64,000 bases of DNA, taken from NCBI GenBank assembly GCA_964016885.1, contig OZ024746.1, positions 28,582,001 through 28,646,000 on the forward strand. The letters run 5' to 3'. Made by a program: the position numbers and the translations under genes. This document shows positions 27,920-41,124 of the stretch, one piece after another. Each line of letters begins with the position of its first letter. The stretch's first letter is position 1. The stretch is from Eledone cirrhosa (Eukaryota). The notes beneath the pieces are model-generated. The model was not told the DNA's origin. It saw only the letters and a program-made list of their open reading frames with translations, and ran no database searches.

Positions 27920-28218
27920 TAAAAGGAATTCCAACTTTATCTGATTTACTCGTTTTATTTACAATCCTTTATAATGTATAATGGTATTAGAATGAAGTAG
28001 TATGGTAGAATATTAAATGTTAAGTGTTAATTGAACAAGTACTTTCATACTTTCCCAATCTTCGGGTATCATATTCTGTGGTGACAGTCAAGTTTGCAAT
28101 TTTTTTCAACTGTGTGTGTATATATATACATATATATATACACACACACATATTGATGATTTCTTTTAAATGAAAGAGTTCTAGTCCTGTAGAAGCCATT
28201 TCATTTCTATATTAAGAA

Positions 28219-28259
<41 letters not shown>

Positions 28260-28342
28260 CTCTAGCATTCTTTTATATTTGATATATATTTATTCTTATC
28301 GAGCCCTCTTTGGATTTTAGTCTTCACATTTATTATTATTAC

Positions 28343-28376
<34 letters not shown>

Positions 28377-28383
<7 letters not shown>

Positions 28384-28702
28384 GTGAGGTTTTTTTTACA
28401 AAATGAAAAATAACCGAGGTGTCCTACACGAGTGGAAGTATAAAGAAAAAGGGATGAAATCGAAAATGCAACTGAAGTCTTATTTTTTTTTAAATATATA
28501 TATTTATTTGGTTCCTTTACCGGTTTCGCAGTTCTTCTGCTTTTCAAAAGGTGAGTTGAGATGGAGGGTCTGTGGTTTTTCTCACATCTCAACTCACCTT
28601 TTGAAAAGCAGAAGAACTGCGAAACCGGTAAAGGAACCAAATAAATATATATATTTAAAAAAAAATAAGACTTCAGTTGCATTTTCGATTTCATCCCTTT
28701 TT

Positions 28703-28708
<6 letters not shown>
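28377..28708. mobile_element. Family B fold-back element, opposite orientation to 19121-19450
   Basis: Tail on the left; arms ~28445-28562 and ~28585-28703. Both arms share private variants (GGTGAG, CTGAAG, GGGATG) relative to the 19121 copy. Confidence 0.9.
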
Positions 28709-28782
<74 letters not shown>

Positions 28783-28797
28783 ATAAATATGACTCTT

Positions 28798-28885
28798 TTT
28801 CCTATTACCCACTCTACTACCCCAAGTATCGACTACTCTGGTACGTTATAGTCCACCTGGTATCTTACCACACATTCTTTGTTAT
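28798..28885 (+). mobile_element. Solo PLE1-family tail ending in (TA)n
   Basis: CCTATTACCCACTCTACTACCCCAAGTATC... is similar to 26318-26400. Confidence 0.75.
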
Positions 28886-29396
28886 ATATATATTTCTCAA
28901 CATACTCACATATATAGTAAGTATGTTTTTTATGTGTTGAAATAGCGAGGAGCGAGTGTGAAAATAGAGAGAGAAGCTTTTGCCGTACATTGCATATGTT
29001 TGAATACGATTTTAATGGTCGAAAGCTATTGCATTTCTCACTAGTCAGAAAGTAAATAATATATAGTCTTTCCTTGAATGTATGTCGACCATTGTGAATA
29101 ATATAGTTGAATGATTTCTTGGCTGTGTTTTTATGGTGACATTTACCTATAAACTAATGGTAATTTGAAAGTTCTAAATGTTATACAGATGCGTGTTAGT
29201 GTCAGGACATTTCATTGTGTTTCCAGATAATTAAAATTGAAGAGACTTTAATACTATCTCGTCACATTCGATACATTATTTCTCTGAAAGCTTTTCATTC
29301 TGATGCAATCATTTAAATTATACATGCATGCATACACACACACACACCCACACACACACAAACACACATATACACACAGACACACACACGCGCACG

Positions 29397-29430
<34 letters not shown>

Positions 29431-29499
29431 TACACACACACATACACACACACACACACAAATGATAACGTCACCGTATATTGACGACAGATACTAATA

Positions 29500-29625
29500 A
29501 TGGTCGCTTTATTAGCTGAGCGCTCCCTATCAAAGAACAGAACAAATTATAAAATTGACAACAGAAAAATAATCCATCTAATTTATATGGATGACCTAAA
29601 TCTATATGGTAAAGACGATAGTGTA
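29500..29625 (+). mobile_element. R4/Dong-like RT fragment
   Basis: Translates to YKIDNRKIIHLIYMDDLNLYGKD. Confidence 0.6.
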
Positions 29626-29744
29626 ATAACAAAACAGTAAGAAAGGTTCAATGCAATAGGTTGAATAACTGTGAAAATAGAACGAACTTGAGCCACTTCT
29701 CAAAAGAAAGAGATACAACAACAACAACAACAACAATAATAATA

Positions 29745-29921
29745 ATGGTTTCTTATATAGGCACAAGGCTAGCAATTTCGGGGGAGGGGAAAGTCGATTA
29801 AATGGACCCCAGTGCAGGCAAAGTTAACCTCGGCGGGATTTGAACTCAGATCATAAAGGGCCGTAACTCTATACTGCAAAGCATGGCGTCCGACGCTCTA
29901 CCGATACTGCCAATGCACCGC
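29745..29921 (-). mobile_element. tRNA-derived SINE in an (AAC/AAT)n tract
   Basis: Family match. Confidence 0.8.
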
Positions 29922-30411
29922 CCTAGCAATAACAACAATAACAACAATAATAATAATAATAATAATAACAGAAACAAGATAAAATTAACGAGACTTTTAT
30001 GTTTAAAGTTTTTTATGCAATAACGACCGAGAGAAAGATAAAGATCTAAAAATAAAGAAGCAAAAGAAAATGTCGGTGGCATTCTTTATTAAAATCTGGT
30101 GAGATTGAAAATCGAAAATAAAACTCCGGTTCAATGTAGGTCGTAATTCTTAAATATTGGTATTTAAAGTAGATTATTTTGTGAAATCTCTTGAAAAATA
30201 CTGCCTGCTTGATGGAGCATCAAATAAGCTGATTGCTATGCAACACGGAGATATTTTGGAAGTTGCTAGATTGAGATAGAGACATCGAAATAGACAGGCT
30301 ATTGATGGAATGGGAGAGCGAGGAAGAAGAATGGATGGGCATATATAGAGTAAAATTATATATATATATATATATGTGTGTGTGTATGTGTGTGTATATG
30401 ACTATATATAG

Positions 30412-30472
<61 letters not shown>

Positions 30473-30768
30473 CAGATGCAAAGGTGTATGTGTATGTGTA
30501 GTTATGTATAAGTTTGTGTGTAATGTAAGAAATAGAAACCAGCAGTGATATAACAACAACGACATCAACAAGAGAAGGATTAGTTAATATTTTATCAGCT
30601 TATCTCTCTATGAAAACAACGCTGTAATATTTCTGGTGAGACACTCGTATAGAACAGATGTCTACACATACATACAACTCTCTCTCTCTCTCTCTCTTCC
30701 TCTCTGTCTATCTTTATATTTCTCTCTCTCTCTCTAGATAGATAGATAGATAGATAGACAGAGAGGAA

Positions 30769-30803
<35 letters not shown>

Positions 30804-30847
30804 GCATATAGATATATGTATTTACATATATATCCTGTATTTCAACG

Positions 30848-31442
30848 AGGGGGAATGTCGATTAAATCGACCCGACTGCGTTACTGGTATTTTATTTTAT
30901 CGAATTCATAAGAATGAAAGGCAATTCTAACTTTGGCGAGTTTTAAACTGAGAACGTAAAGGGATGTAACTATATGCTGTAATGCATATTGTCAGACGCT
31001 CTACCGATGCTCTCAATCCACCACCATAATGGCTTCATTAATAAAATTAATAATTGTTTCTACTTTTGGCACAAGGCCAGCAATTACCCAGTGTGTTACT
31101 GGTACTTTATTTTATCGACCCCGTAAGGATGAAAGGCAAAGTTAACCTCGGCGGGATTTGAACTCAGAATGGCAAGGACCGTAACTCTATACGTCAAAGC
31201 ATGGCGTCCGACCCTCTACCGATACTGCCAATCGTTGGATCTAGGCACAACACCAAAGATATTTGTGGGAGGGGAAAGTCGATTAATTCGAACCCTATGC
31301 ATTACTGGTACTTTATTTTTCGATGTCGTAAGGATAAACGTCAAAACTAACCTCGGTCGGATTCGAACTCAGAACGCAAAGGGCCAGAACTCTATGTCAC
31401 AAAGTAGGGTGTCCGACGCTCTACCGATAGTGCAAATCCACC
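30848..31442 (-). mobile_element. Three adjacent SINE copies of differing divergence
   Basis: Copies at ~30848-31025, 31053-31232 and 31240-31442. Confidence 0.8.
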
Positions 31443-31836
31443 GAATAATATTAATAATTATAATAATAACAATAACAACAACAACATATATTTTCTATAT
31501 TTATATCATTGCGTACATTCTATTGTTTGTTGGTTGTCTATTGAGTGGTTATTTTTGCTTGGCATTGAATTATAATAATACATAAGAAATTGTTTGATCT
31601 GTAATTAAATCATTTTGTTTGGTTCCTCTACTGTGAATGATTTTTATAACTATCAATGTTATTACTTTACAGATTCACTAATCTTGGAAGTTGTTTTAAC
31701 CTTATTTTGTCTTCCATTTTGTCTGACGTCATATTTCTGCAAAATTCATGTTTTTGCTTGATTTTTAAATTTTGTTTTTGTTTAGACCATTTAAAAACCC
31801 TTTTATCTTTATAGATTGAGAGATTATCTAAATACA

Positions 31837-31898
<62 letters not shown>

Positions 31899-31981
31899 TA
31901 TATATATATAGTTAGATAAATATAGTTAGATAGATATAAATATATACATACCTATATATAATATATACTTACACACTCACA

Positions 31982-32044
<63 letters not shown>

Positions 32045-34316
32045 ATATATATATATATGAATATAATATTTATATATATATGTGTACTTGCGTGTGCCTG
32101 GTTATGTATGGGATCAATGTTGTTAACTATATCAATATTTACACACATAGTGTGTTAAACACGATAGATCACAGCATGAAAGCCGAAAAAAAAAAGAAAA
32201 AGAGAATTGAGACGAATGGAGAGTATTGTGAAAGCGCCACAATTAGATATATTTTTAGTTACGTACTTACTTTGTTGTAAAATACAATATCTCATAATTT
32301 TAGGAATTGCTTTTTGTTTTGGTTTTCTTTTGCTAGTTGTTCTTGTTCTCCCTAATAGTTAAAAAGTAGAGACTTTCTGTACAGTTCGGTTTATTTATAT
32401 TTTTAAATGTTGCTGGTTACAGAAAGAAAAGATGAAGTTAATACGTGTTCATCGAGGATTACTTATGGTGAGGCAACTGGGACTAATTAAATAGGGGCCA
32501 CGAGTATTGCTTCTTGTGAGGCAGGACTCTTTAGAATAGGATAACGAGGATTGCTTAGGTTGAGGCAGCCGGGACTATTTAGAATAGAAGAGGATTGCTT
32601 TGATCGGAGTAACTGGAGAACACAACAAAGTTTGCTTTGAACGGAGCAAAGTAGCCTGGCTTCTGAGGAGGTCATGAAAACTCGTAAGAACTGAGCAGAG
32701 AGGACTCCTTTGAACTTGGCGAATACGACTCTTTTGAACATGGAAACGAGGACTCCTTATATGCCGTAGCTCGAACTGTACGGAATAACTTCCAGATATT
32801 CCTTTACATACTACACATGTGGTGGCGCATTGAATACACAATGTCTGAAAAAGTAAAAAAAAGATAGGCTTGTTATTCCTGGAATTCATTTCTTTCTAAG
32901 TTTTTTCAACCCTACTAGGCGGCGAATTAACCGAATCGTTAAAACATAAGACAAAATGAGCTGCGCTATTTGGTTCAGCTTTCTACGCTCGTTGCCCTAA
33001 GGGACTCGCTGGGCTCTGATGTTTGCTGCACTTTGATGCTCGTTGTGCACATTGTTCAAATATGTACATGTCCAATACCGAGATTGATATATGTTTCTAT
33101 AATATAGTCTGAAAGTGAAGTGAATAATAACTGAACACGAGAACACTTTCAAAGAACAAATGATTTACTACATATATGCTCGAATATTTAGTGTTTTAAT
33201 AATGTGATAGGCACAGAGAGAGAAATTTTTTGGGGGGGGGGGGGAATTAGTAAATTATATCGACTTCAGTACTTAACTGGTACTCTATTTTATCGGCTCT
33301 GAAAGGACGAAAGGTAGATGCCTCATAGGAAGATTTTGAGCCCAGTGCGCAGAAAGTCGAAACGAATGCCACAATGTATTCTATCCGACGCTCCACCGAT
33401 TCTGACCATTCGCCATCTTATACGAACTTTGTTGTAGAATTATTTTCTTCTTATTTCACATTTGTTCTCTAATTCTTTTAATTCATTCTGACTGTGTAAT
33501 CTAGAATATTACACACGACATGGTAGGGAGGGACGGGTGTGGTTCATTCCACACTTATTTGTCATTTAAATTGCAAGTTTAGAGATATAAAGGAGATTCA
33601 TTTCCATTTATCTCCGATGTCTAAACGGAAGTTAAATGGAGGTTTAAGGACATTTGAATTTCGCTTGTTAAGGTATATTTATTTTCTAATTAAACATGAA
33701 ATTCAATTCTATTTAAAACCCCATTCAACTTTACATGTTATTGAAACTATGTTCGCTTATAACGAGGAGTTAAAAAAAATATTTTCCATTTAATCTCAAT
33801 AATCCCCCCCCCCCCCCACGCACACACACGCACACACACACACCCATACTATTCCGCAAATCATCCTCAATTAACTCAACATTTAAATTTAGTATTTCTA
33901 AATTATTTCCACTTGAAAACATATTCGAAATAAACTCGGTGTTTAACGAAATTATTTGAAAGTTCGGAACCGTATATTCAAATATTTCCCAAGTTAAATT
34001 AGAAATTTTAAACTTCTCTATAAACAGAAATTAACGTCGATGTTCACATCGAGAAATATAGTTAAAATCATATTAAACTCAAAATATAACTGTCATTCCT
34101 GCCAATTTCTCGGCTGATGTGTTAACTTGTGTCCAATGAACTACAAATTGGTTGATATCTTTAGTAAAAGAAGTTGATTAAAATTTGGATATCGCCAGTT
34201 AGGCGTAGGCAGAGAATTGGCAGAGTTGTTTGTAAGTCGGATAGAACTTCTTGTTCCCTGCGCTCTGTGTTCAAATTCCACCCAGATCAACTTTGACCTC
34301 CATAAATTCGGGTCAA

Positions 34317-34317
<1 letters not shown>

Positions 34318-34359
<42 letters not shown>

Positions 34360-34582
34360 TTTTTGATTATGCAGGACACAATTAATCCCTAAGTATGGGT
34401 GTGTCCTTTCTAACAACGCTCCTTAGCGTCCCGCTCCATATGTTTCTGTCGGCCGGTCTCACTTGGACCAGAGTAAGCCTAGCTTGATCCAGCCGGAGAT
34501 CCTCTATCCAAGTCATTTTTGGTCTTCCTGGGCCTCTACTGCCTCCTGGATCAACATTCATCACTTTGCTGATCAAGCCCTA
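34318..34582 (-). mobile_element. RTE-type LINE 3' fragment with (GAT)n tail, inserted in an old SINE
   Basis: GSRGPGRPKMTW..DRNIW motif. SINE remnants lie on both sides (34205-34316 and 34595-34625). Confidence 0.7.
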
Positions 34583-35259
34583 GTTCGAAAAAAAAAAAAA
34601 AAATACAGTCCTGTACTTGGGTCGATTTGTGCTCTGTTTCTCTAACGCACTCCAGATAGGTTCTGCACAGGTTTAAAATGCTCAACAAATGCCGTATGTC
34701 AATAGAGCTGCACTACAACTCCACCAGGTGTTACAGGGCAGTAAATTGGCATAGTTGTGAGAATGTCGGTTAGAATGCTTTGTTGTATTTATCTTAGCTC
34801 TCTGAACTCTGAGTTCAAATTGTGCCTACGTTAGGTTTATCTTTTACCCTTTTGAGTACTATAAATAAAATAACAGCATAGTCTAGTTCTGAGGACGATC
34901 TTTCCTCTTTCTTGTTCTCACCTTCCCTTTTAATGGAAGTAATCGATTATGTTCAAACCTGTGGTTGGCTCCCAGCAGGTTTAAATGCCTTAAATATGCC
35001 GTATATCAAAACGGCGAATCTACCACTCTTTCAGGAGTTCGGGGTCAATGGTATGACTTCATTAAACATTTGAATGAGAGTGGTTTTACCGATTCAATGG
35101 AACCGGTACGGCGCTAATAGTTTATCCCCTTATGAACAAAGAATGAGTAAGATGTGTGTGGGGGTGAGAGTGTATGTAGGTGCAGGGGCGATGGAACTGG
35201 GGTGGGGGCAGGGATGCCATGCCCCACTCTGTATGCTAGATGAGAGAGAGAGTTCTGTG

Positions 35260-35720
35260 GATAGGGGATAGTTTGGTGCTAATTTCATATAGAGAAGGGG
35301 GTTGGGATAGTGTGTTGCATATTAGATATAGAGAGCGGGAGAGATTGGTGTTTATTTATATAGAGAGGAGGATTGGAAGAGATTTGCGTGTAGTATATAT
35401 AGAGAGGGGGAGAGTTTGGTGCTAATTGATATAGAGAGAGAGGAAATGGAGGCAAGTAGCGAGTAGTAGATATAAAGAGGAGGATAGTTTTGTGTTAATT
35501 GATATAGAGAGAGGGTGTAATTTGGTGGTAATGGATATATAGAGGTGGATTGGAAGAGAGAGTGACGTGTAGTAGATATAGAGAGGTGTAGATTTCAATG
35601 CCTGTAGATATAATGAGCGGGGTTGGAAGCGATAAATCTTGCTAAATATAGAAAGGGGTATTGGGAGATATAGTATCGTAAAAGATATAGGAAGGTGGGG
35701 TTGTGGGGGATAGAAAGAGA
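35260..35720. repeat. Degenerate purine-rich minisatellite (recurring GATATAGAGAG)
   Basis: Motif recurs about every 33-36 bp. Confidence 0.7.
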
Positions 35721-36254
35721 ACGATTACGAGAGAGTGTGTTAAAAGTGTGTTATGGTTCCCTACCGCACTGTCATCATGAATTATTATGAGAACTACATT
35801 AAGGTATCACGTGTCTGAGGAATACTCTGCCACCTGCACGTTTATTTTACGAGCAGACTGACAGTGTCACACTAACCTTTCCTGGGAAATATATTAAGGG
35901 TACACGTGTCTGTGCGATGGTTAGCCACTTAAATGTTAATGTTAGAAGCAGGCTGTTCCCTTCGTTGAACAACTGCAACACTTATCGTCGAATCCTATTG
36001 AGATCCAACACACACACACACACACACAACATACAATACTTGATCTCACACATGTACCCATACACTCACAAACGCATTCACACATACACTTACACACACA
36101 CTCGCACACACAGACGTACACATACATTCACACACTCACAATCACACACACTCATTCACTCACATACACATCAAGACAGAGTGTCATAATTAATCAAATA
36201 ATTTAACATATTGGATTATTGGTCAGTTCAGTTTTAAGATTGATGCTACGAGGG

Positions 36255-37357
36255 TATTGTGGTATGGTGGTATGGTGGTATAGTGGTATGGTGGTATGGT
36301 GGTGTGGTGGTGTGGTGGTATGGTGGTATGGTGGTATGGTGGTATGGTGGTGTGGTGGTATGGTGGTATGGTGGTGTGGTGGTGTGGTGGTATGGTGGTA
36401 TGGTGGTGTGGTGGTGTGGTGGTATGGTGGTATGGTGGTGTGGTGGTGTGGTGGTATGGTGGTATGGTGGTGTGGTGGTATGGTGGTATGGTGGTATGGT
36501 GGTATGGCGGTGTGGTGGTTTGGTGGTATGGTGGTATGGCGGTGTGGTGGTATGGCGGTGTGGTGGTATGGTGGTATGGTGGTATGGTGGTATGGTGGTA
36601 TGGCGGTGTGGTGGTATAGTGGTGTGGTGGTATGGTGGTGTGGTGGTATGGCGGTGTGGTGGTATGGTGGTATGGTAGTATGGTGGTATGGTGGTATGGG
36701 GGTAAGGTGCTATGGTGGTATGGTGGTATTGTGGTATGGTGGTATGGTGGTATGGTGGTATGGTGGTATGTTGGTATGGTGGCATGGTGGTATGGTGGTA
36801 TGTTGGTATGCTGGTATGAGGGTATCATGTTATGGCTGTATGGTGGTATGGTGGTATGTTGGTATGGTGGTATGGTGGTATGGTGGTATGATGGTAAGTT
36901 GGTATGATGGTATGATGGTATGGTGGTATAGTGGTATGGTGGTGTGCTGGTATGGGGATGATATTTTGGTGTGCTGGTATGGGGGTGATATGGTGGTATA
37001 GTGGTGTGGTGGTAGAGTATGGTCGTGTGGTGGTATTGTGGTATGGTGGTATGGTGGTTTGGTTGTATGGTGGTGTGCTGGTATGGTGGTATGGTGGTAT
37101 GGTTATAAGATGGTATGATGGTATGGTGGTATGGTGGTGTGGTGGAATGGTAGTGTGGTGGTGTGTTGGAATAGTGGTATGGTGTTATGGTGGTGTGGTG
37201 GTGTCGGTGGTATTGTGGTAACACAGTATCATGGTATGGTGGTATGGTAGTATCACACTATCATGGTATGTAGGTATGGTGGTATCACCGTATCATGGTA
37301 TGGTGGTATGGTGGTATCACAGTATCATGGTATGGTGGTATGGTGGTATGGTGGTAT
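36255..37357. repeat. ~1.1-kb (TGGTATGG/TGGTGTGG)n 8-mer satellite
   Basis: Direct inspection. The left part is homogeneous and the right part degenerate. Confidence 0.95.
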
Positions 37358-38857
37358 ATAGTCAGATCCGTGATGGTGTTAAGAGATATTCTGAACGACC
37401 GAGAGGGAAAAAAAAACGATTGAGAATTACGAGTTGTTCACTTAGAGAGGTTGATGACATCATATAGATGAGGCGTAATAAGAAGATGAAGGCGGTTAAT
37501 TAATAATATAAATTGTTATGACATAATTATTAATATAATTAATGTAAACATTCCTAATTACCATCTTCTTTGTAATTGACAAATTATCATCTTGGCAGCA
37601 CATTTCACCAACTTCTCAATCTCTCCATTGATCCAACGTTAAATTGAATACTATTCTGAAACTGTACATTCGTATCTCGAGTACTTTACAGTGAAGAGAT
37701 AATCAGATATTATGTGGTAATATTTTATATATTAATCATTCTATTGTGATCTACTTCAGTTAAGTATTAATTAAATCACAATGTATTACATTTACATTCT
37801 CATCTCTCACTTACTGGGAGCGTGTCTTTGCCGTTTCTAGAAATGTCGCTACGTGATGTGTCGTTGCTTAGTACTGAAGAAAAAATGCCGTTTGGATGAG
37901 CTGTTAGAGCGTTTAACTCACGACCAAAAACTCGTGAATTCAGTTCCCGGTGCACATAGTATCTTTGAGCAGGACCCTATAATTCAAAAACAAATGTGTT
38001 GTAGTGTAATTCAAAGGGGGGACAACCTTTTCATAGATTTTCTCATGCTGAATTTCCGTGAGAACTTTGTTCAGGGCTACAGATGTCTTCCGTTCATCAA
38101 GAAAATGGATCACTCATCTTTGAAACCGACAGAAGACGATTATATTCTTGAAAAATATATATTTAATATTGTAAGACTTTGACGTATCTATCTAACATGA
38201 TAAATTATGTGTCATTTATTACAAATGTCGTTTTCGTTGATATATCTCTAGCATTACATATTTGATTGAAAGTGGAGATATATATTATTGTTCTTGTCTG
38301 ATCTCCATCAATTCTAAAGTGAAATTAGCATGCAAGTCGCTGAGCATTCCACAGAAACGTCAACAGTTAACGCATTCTCAGGGATATTCAGTGTGTGAAA
38401 CAAATAGTCCTTTGCATTACAGAGACAACTCATTTTTGCTAGCTGAGGGAATTAGAACAAGGAGAAAAATGTGTTATGTTCAAGTCAGCGCCGGGCATTG
38501 AACTTGCAGCCTTGTGATCGAGAGCATAGCACCTCTAGCAATTATCTTACGCACCTTCATGAAATATTTGATTGAAAAACAGAGGGAATAGGTATGGAAT
38601 AGGTATGGAATAGGTATGGAATAGATCAGCCTAATTGATTTCTTTTCTGTTGGAAAGGAAACAGTTGTTTACATTAATTCCCTGTATGTTTCACGCTTAT
38701 CACGATGATCGTGGCAGTATGCTAGGCAAACACAACATCGAAGACACGTTTACCTCCTTTTTTTTTATTTCAGCGTTAAACTAATAACATAGCTCTTGCT
38801 GACTTTTCTCCACTCTTGTTTCAATTGTTGGCAATATATATATATATATATATATAG

Positions 38858-38902
<45 letters not shown>

Positions 38903-38955
38903 TGTGTGTGTATACAGACATATATATATATGTATATGTGTGTATATATATATAT

Positions 38956-39141
38956 AATTGTTTCTACTTTAGGCACAAGGCCAGCAATTACCCAGTGCAT
39001 TACTGGTACTTTATTTTATCGACCCCGTAAGGATGAAAGGCAAAGTCAACCTCGGCGGGATTTGAACTCAGATCGTAAAGGGACGTAACTGTGCTGGAAA
39101 GCATGGCGTCCGACCCTCTACTGATACTGCCAATCCACCGC
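38956..39141 (-). mobile_element. tRNA-derived SINE, full length
   Basis: Family match, flanked by TGTGTGTATATATATA(TA)AT-like direct repeats. Confidence 0.9.
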
Positions 39142-39298
39142 CCTGTGTGTATATATATAATGTAGTGAATTTTGTTAAACATTTTTTATCTAAAGTTGAT
39201 GGAGCACTCAGTCCGAGAGACGAGTGATAATATATAAAATTAAGTCATTTGTCGAATATATGCATTTCGCTGTGGAGTTGTTTCGGCAGCTCGTTTCG

Positions 39299-39413
<115 letters not shown>

Positions 39414-40018
39414 TGACAGAGAGGGGGTTGACAGAGAGAGAGAGAGAGAGGGGGGGAGGGGGAGGAGAGAGAGAGAGAGGGAGAGCGAGAGAGAGAGGGG
39501 GAGAGGGGGGGGGGCAGAGAGAGAGAGAGAGAGGAAATGAGAGAGAGAGATTTCATATAATACATTGTGTCCAACCTCTCATATAACTAGCGCTGAAATG
39601 TGAACTTGGTGTACAGAGAGACAAAAAAATCTTACTCGTCATTTTATTCTGCGCCACAATAAGCCTGCCAATATGTGTATCTAAAGTGACAATAAAAACA
39701 CCTATGCGCACCTATATGTATACGAGTCTCTTTAAATGTCAACATATATTTTTATATATAGATTGGGCTATAAAAGACGATGACTCAATTATCGTCCTTG
39801 CAATTTCCTAATATAGTAATTAAATTTGCTGTGGATATAGTGCTAGTCTATTCTTACAGCATATAGAAACTCACCATAACATACGCACATAAATACAGAA
39901 ACACATATGAACACTCAAATATACGGACACAAGTGCGCACGTGTATATATGTAGTTATACACACAAACAGTTATATGCTTATATATATACACACACTGAT
40001 GTATATATAAATATATAA

Positions 40019-40067
<49 letters not shown>

Positions 40068-40101
40068 TATAAATATATATATATATATAAATATATAAAT
40101 A

Positions 40102-40165
<64 letters not shown>

Positions 40166-40627
40166 TATACACATATATATATATATATATATACTTCAAT
40201 ATATTGTGTAGAAGAAAGCTATTAATATCTAAAAACTGACTTTAATAATGGTGATAAATTTAACTACAGTCAGTTTTATCGTCAAAATCTTGAGGCTAGA
40301 ATTCATTCCTTTTCTCCTAAGTTACACTATAAGAATATATGGTATAATAAATTAGGAAGCGTCTGTAATCGATTTTATTATGACAGTCTAAGTGTGATGT
40401 ATGATTGTGAATTTTCTTTGCCTATAGACTTCCACCCGTCTAATGAAACCAAAAAAAAACAAAAAAAAAACTAAGAAACGCATGATTTGATAAAGTATTT
40501 CAGTCTATAATAATACAATGAAAAATAAAATTATAGATAATCTTGAAATGCTCAACAGATAGATTATATCTATGCAGGCGAACATATATTTAGTTACGTA
40601 CTTTTGTGTATGCATTTGCATTATACC

Positions 40628-40737
<110 letters not shown>

Positions 40738-40744
40738 CCTCAGT

Positions 40745-41118
40745 GTATACTGATTAATGTTCAGAGCCATCCTCAGCATTCTCGTGTAGCACCCATCCAC
40801 CATCTGAGTGAGTTTCTTGGTCAGTGTCCAAGTCTCAGACCCATACACCATAAGTCAGCTCAAAAGTGACACAGAGGAGACTGAGGTTAGCTGGACATGC
40901 TCACCGACATCCAGAGTTGACATTGCACTCAGTACTCCTTTGGGAGCCCCTACATGGACACACTAGAAGAGGAAGACCAAGGTTAACGTATGTTGATGCC
41001 CTAAGGTCAGACACTGGTCTGTTGGAGACGCAGGACATGGCAGCGATAATGAGGGACAGAGACCGCTGGAGAGAACTCGTCCATGGATCTCGGGAATTTT
41101 ACCCGCCTTAGATAGATA
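40745..41118. mobile_element. RTE-clade LINE 3' fragment with inverted 5' part
   Basis: Minus 40745-40851: VYGSETWTLTK..DGCYTRMLRMALNI. Plus 40852-41111: RRLRLAGH..LLWEP..RRGRPRLTY..DRDRW, then a TAGA tail. Confidence 0.85.
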
Positions 41119-41124
41119 TATATA

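Noticed and set aside
36219-37224. Long ORFs of 260-333 aa (VVWWYGGM and HHTTIPPY repeats)
   Set aside because: These are stop-free translations of the 8-mer satellite in several frames, with no gene context.
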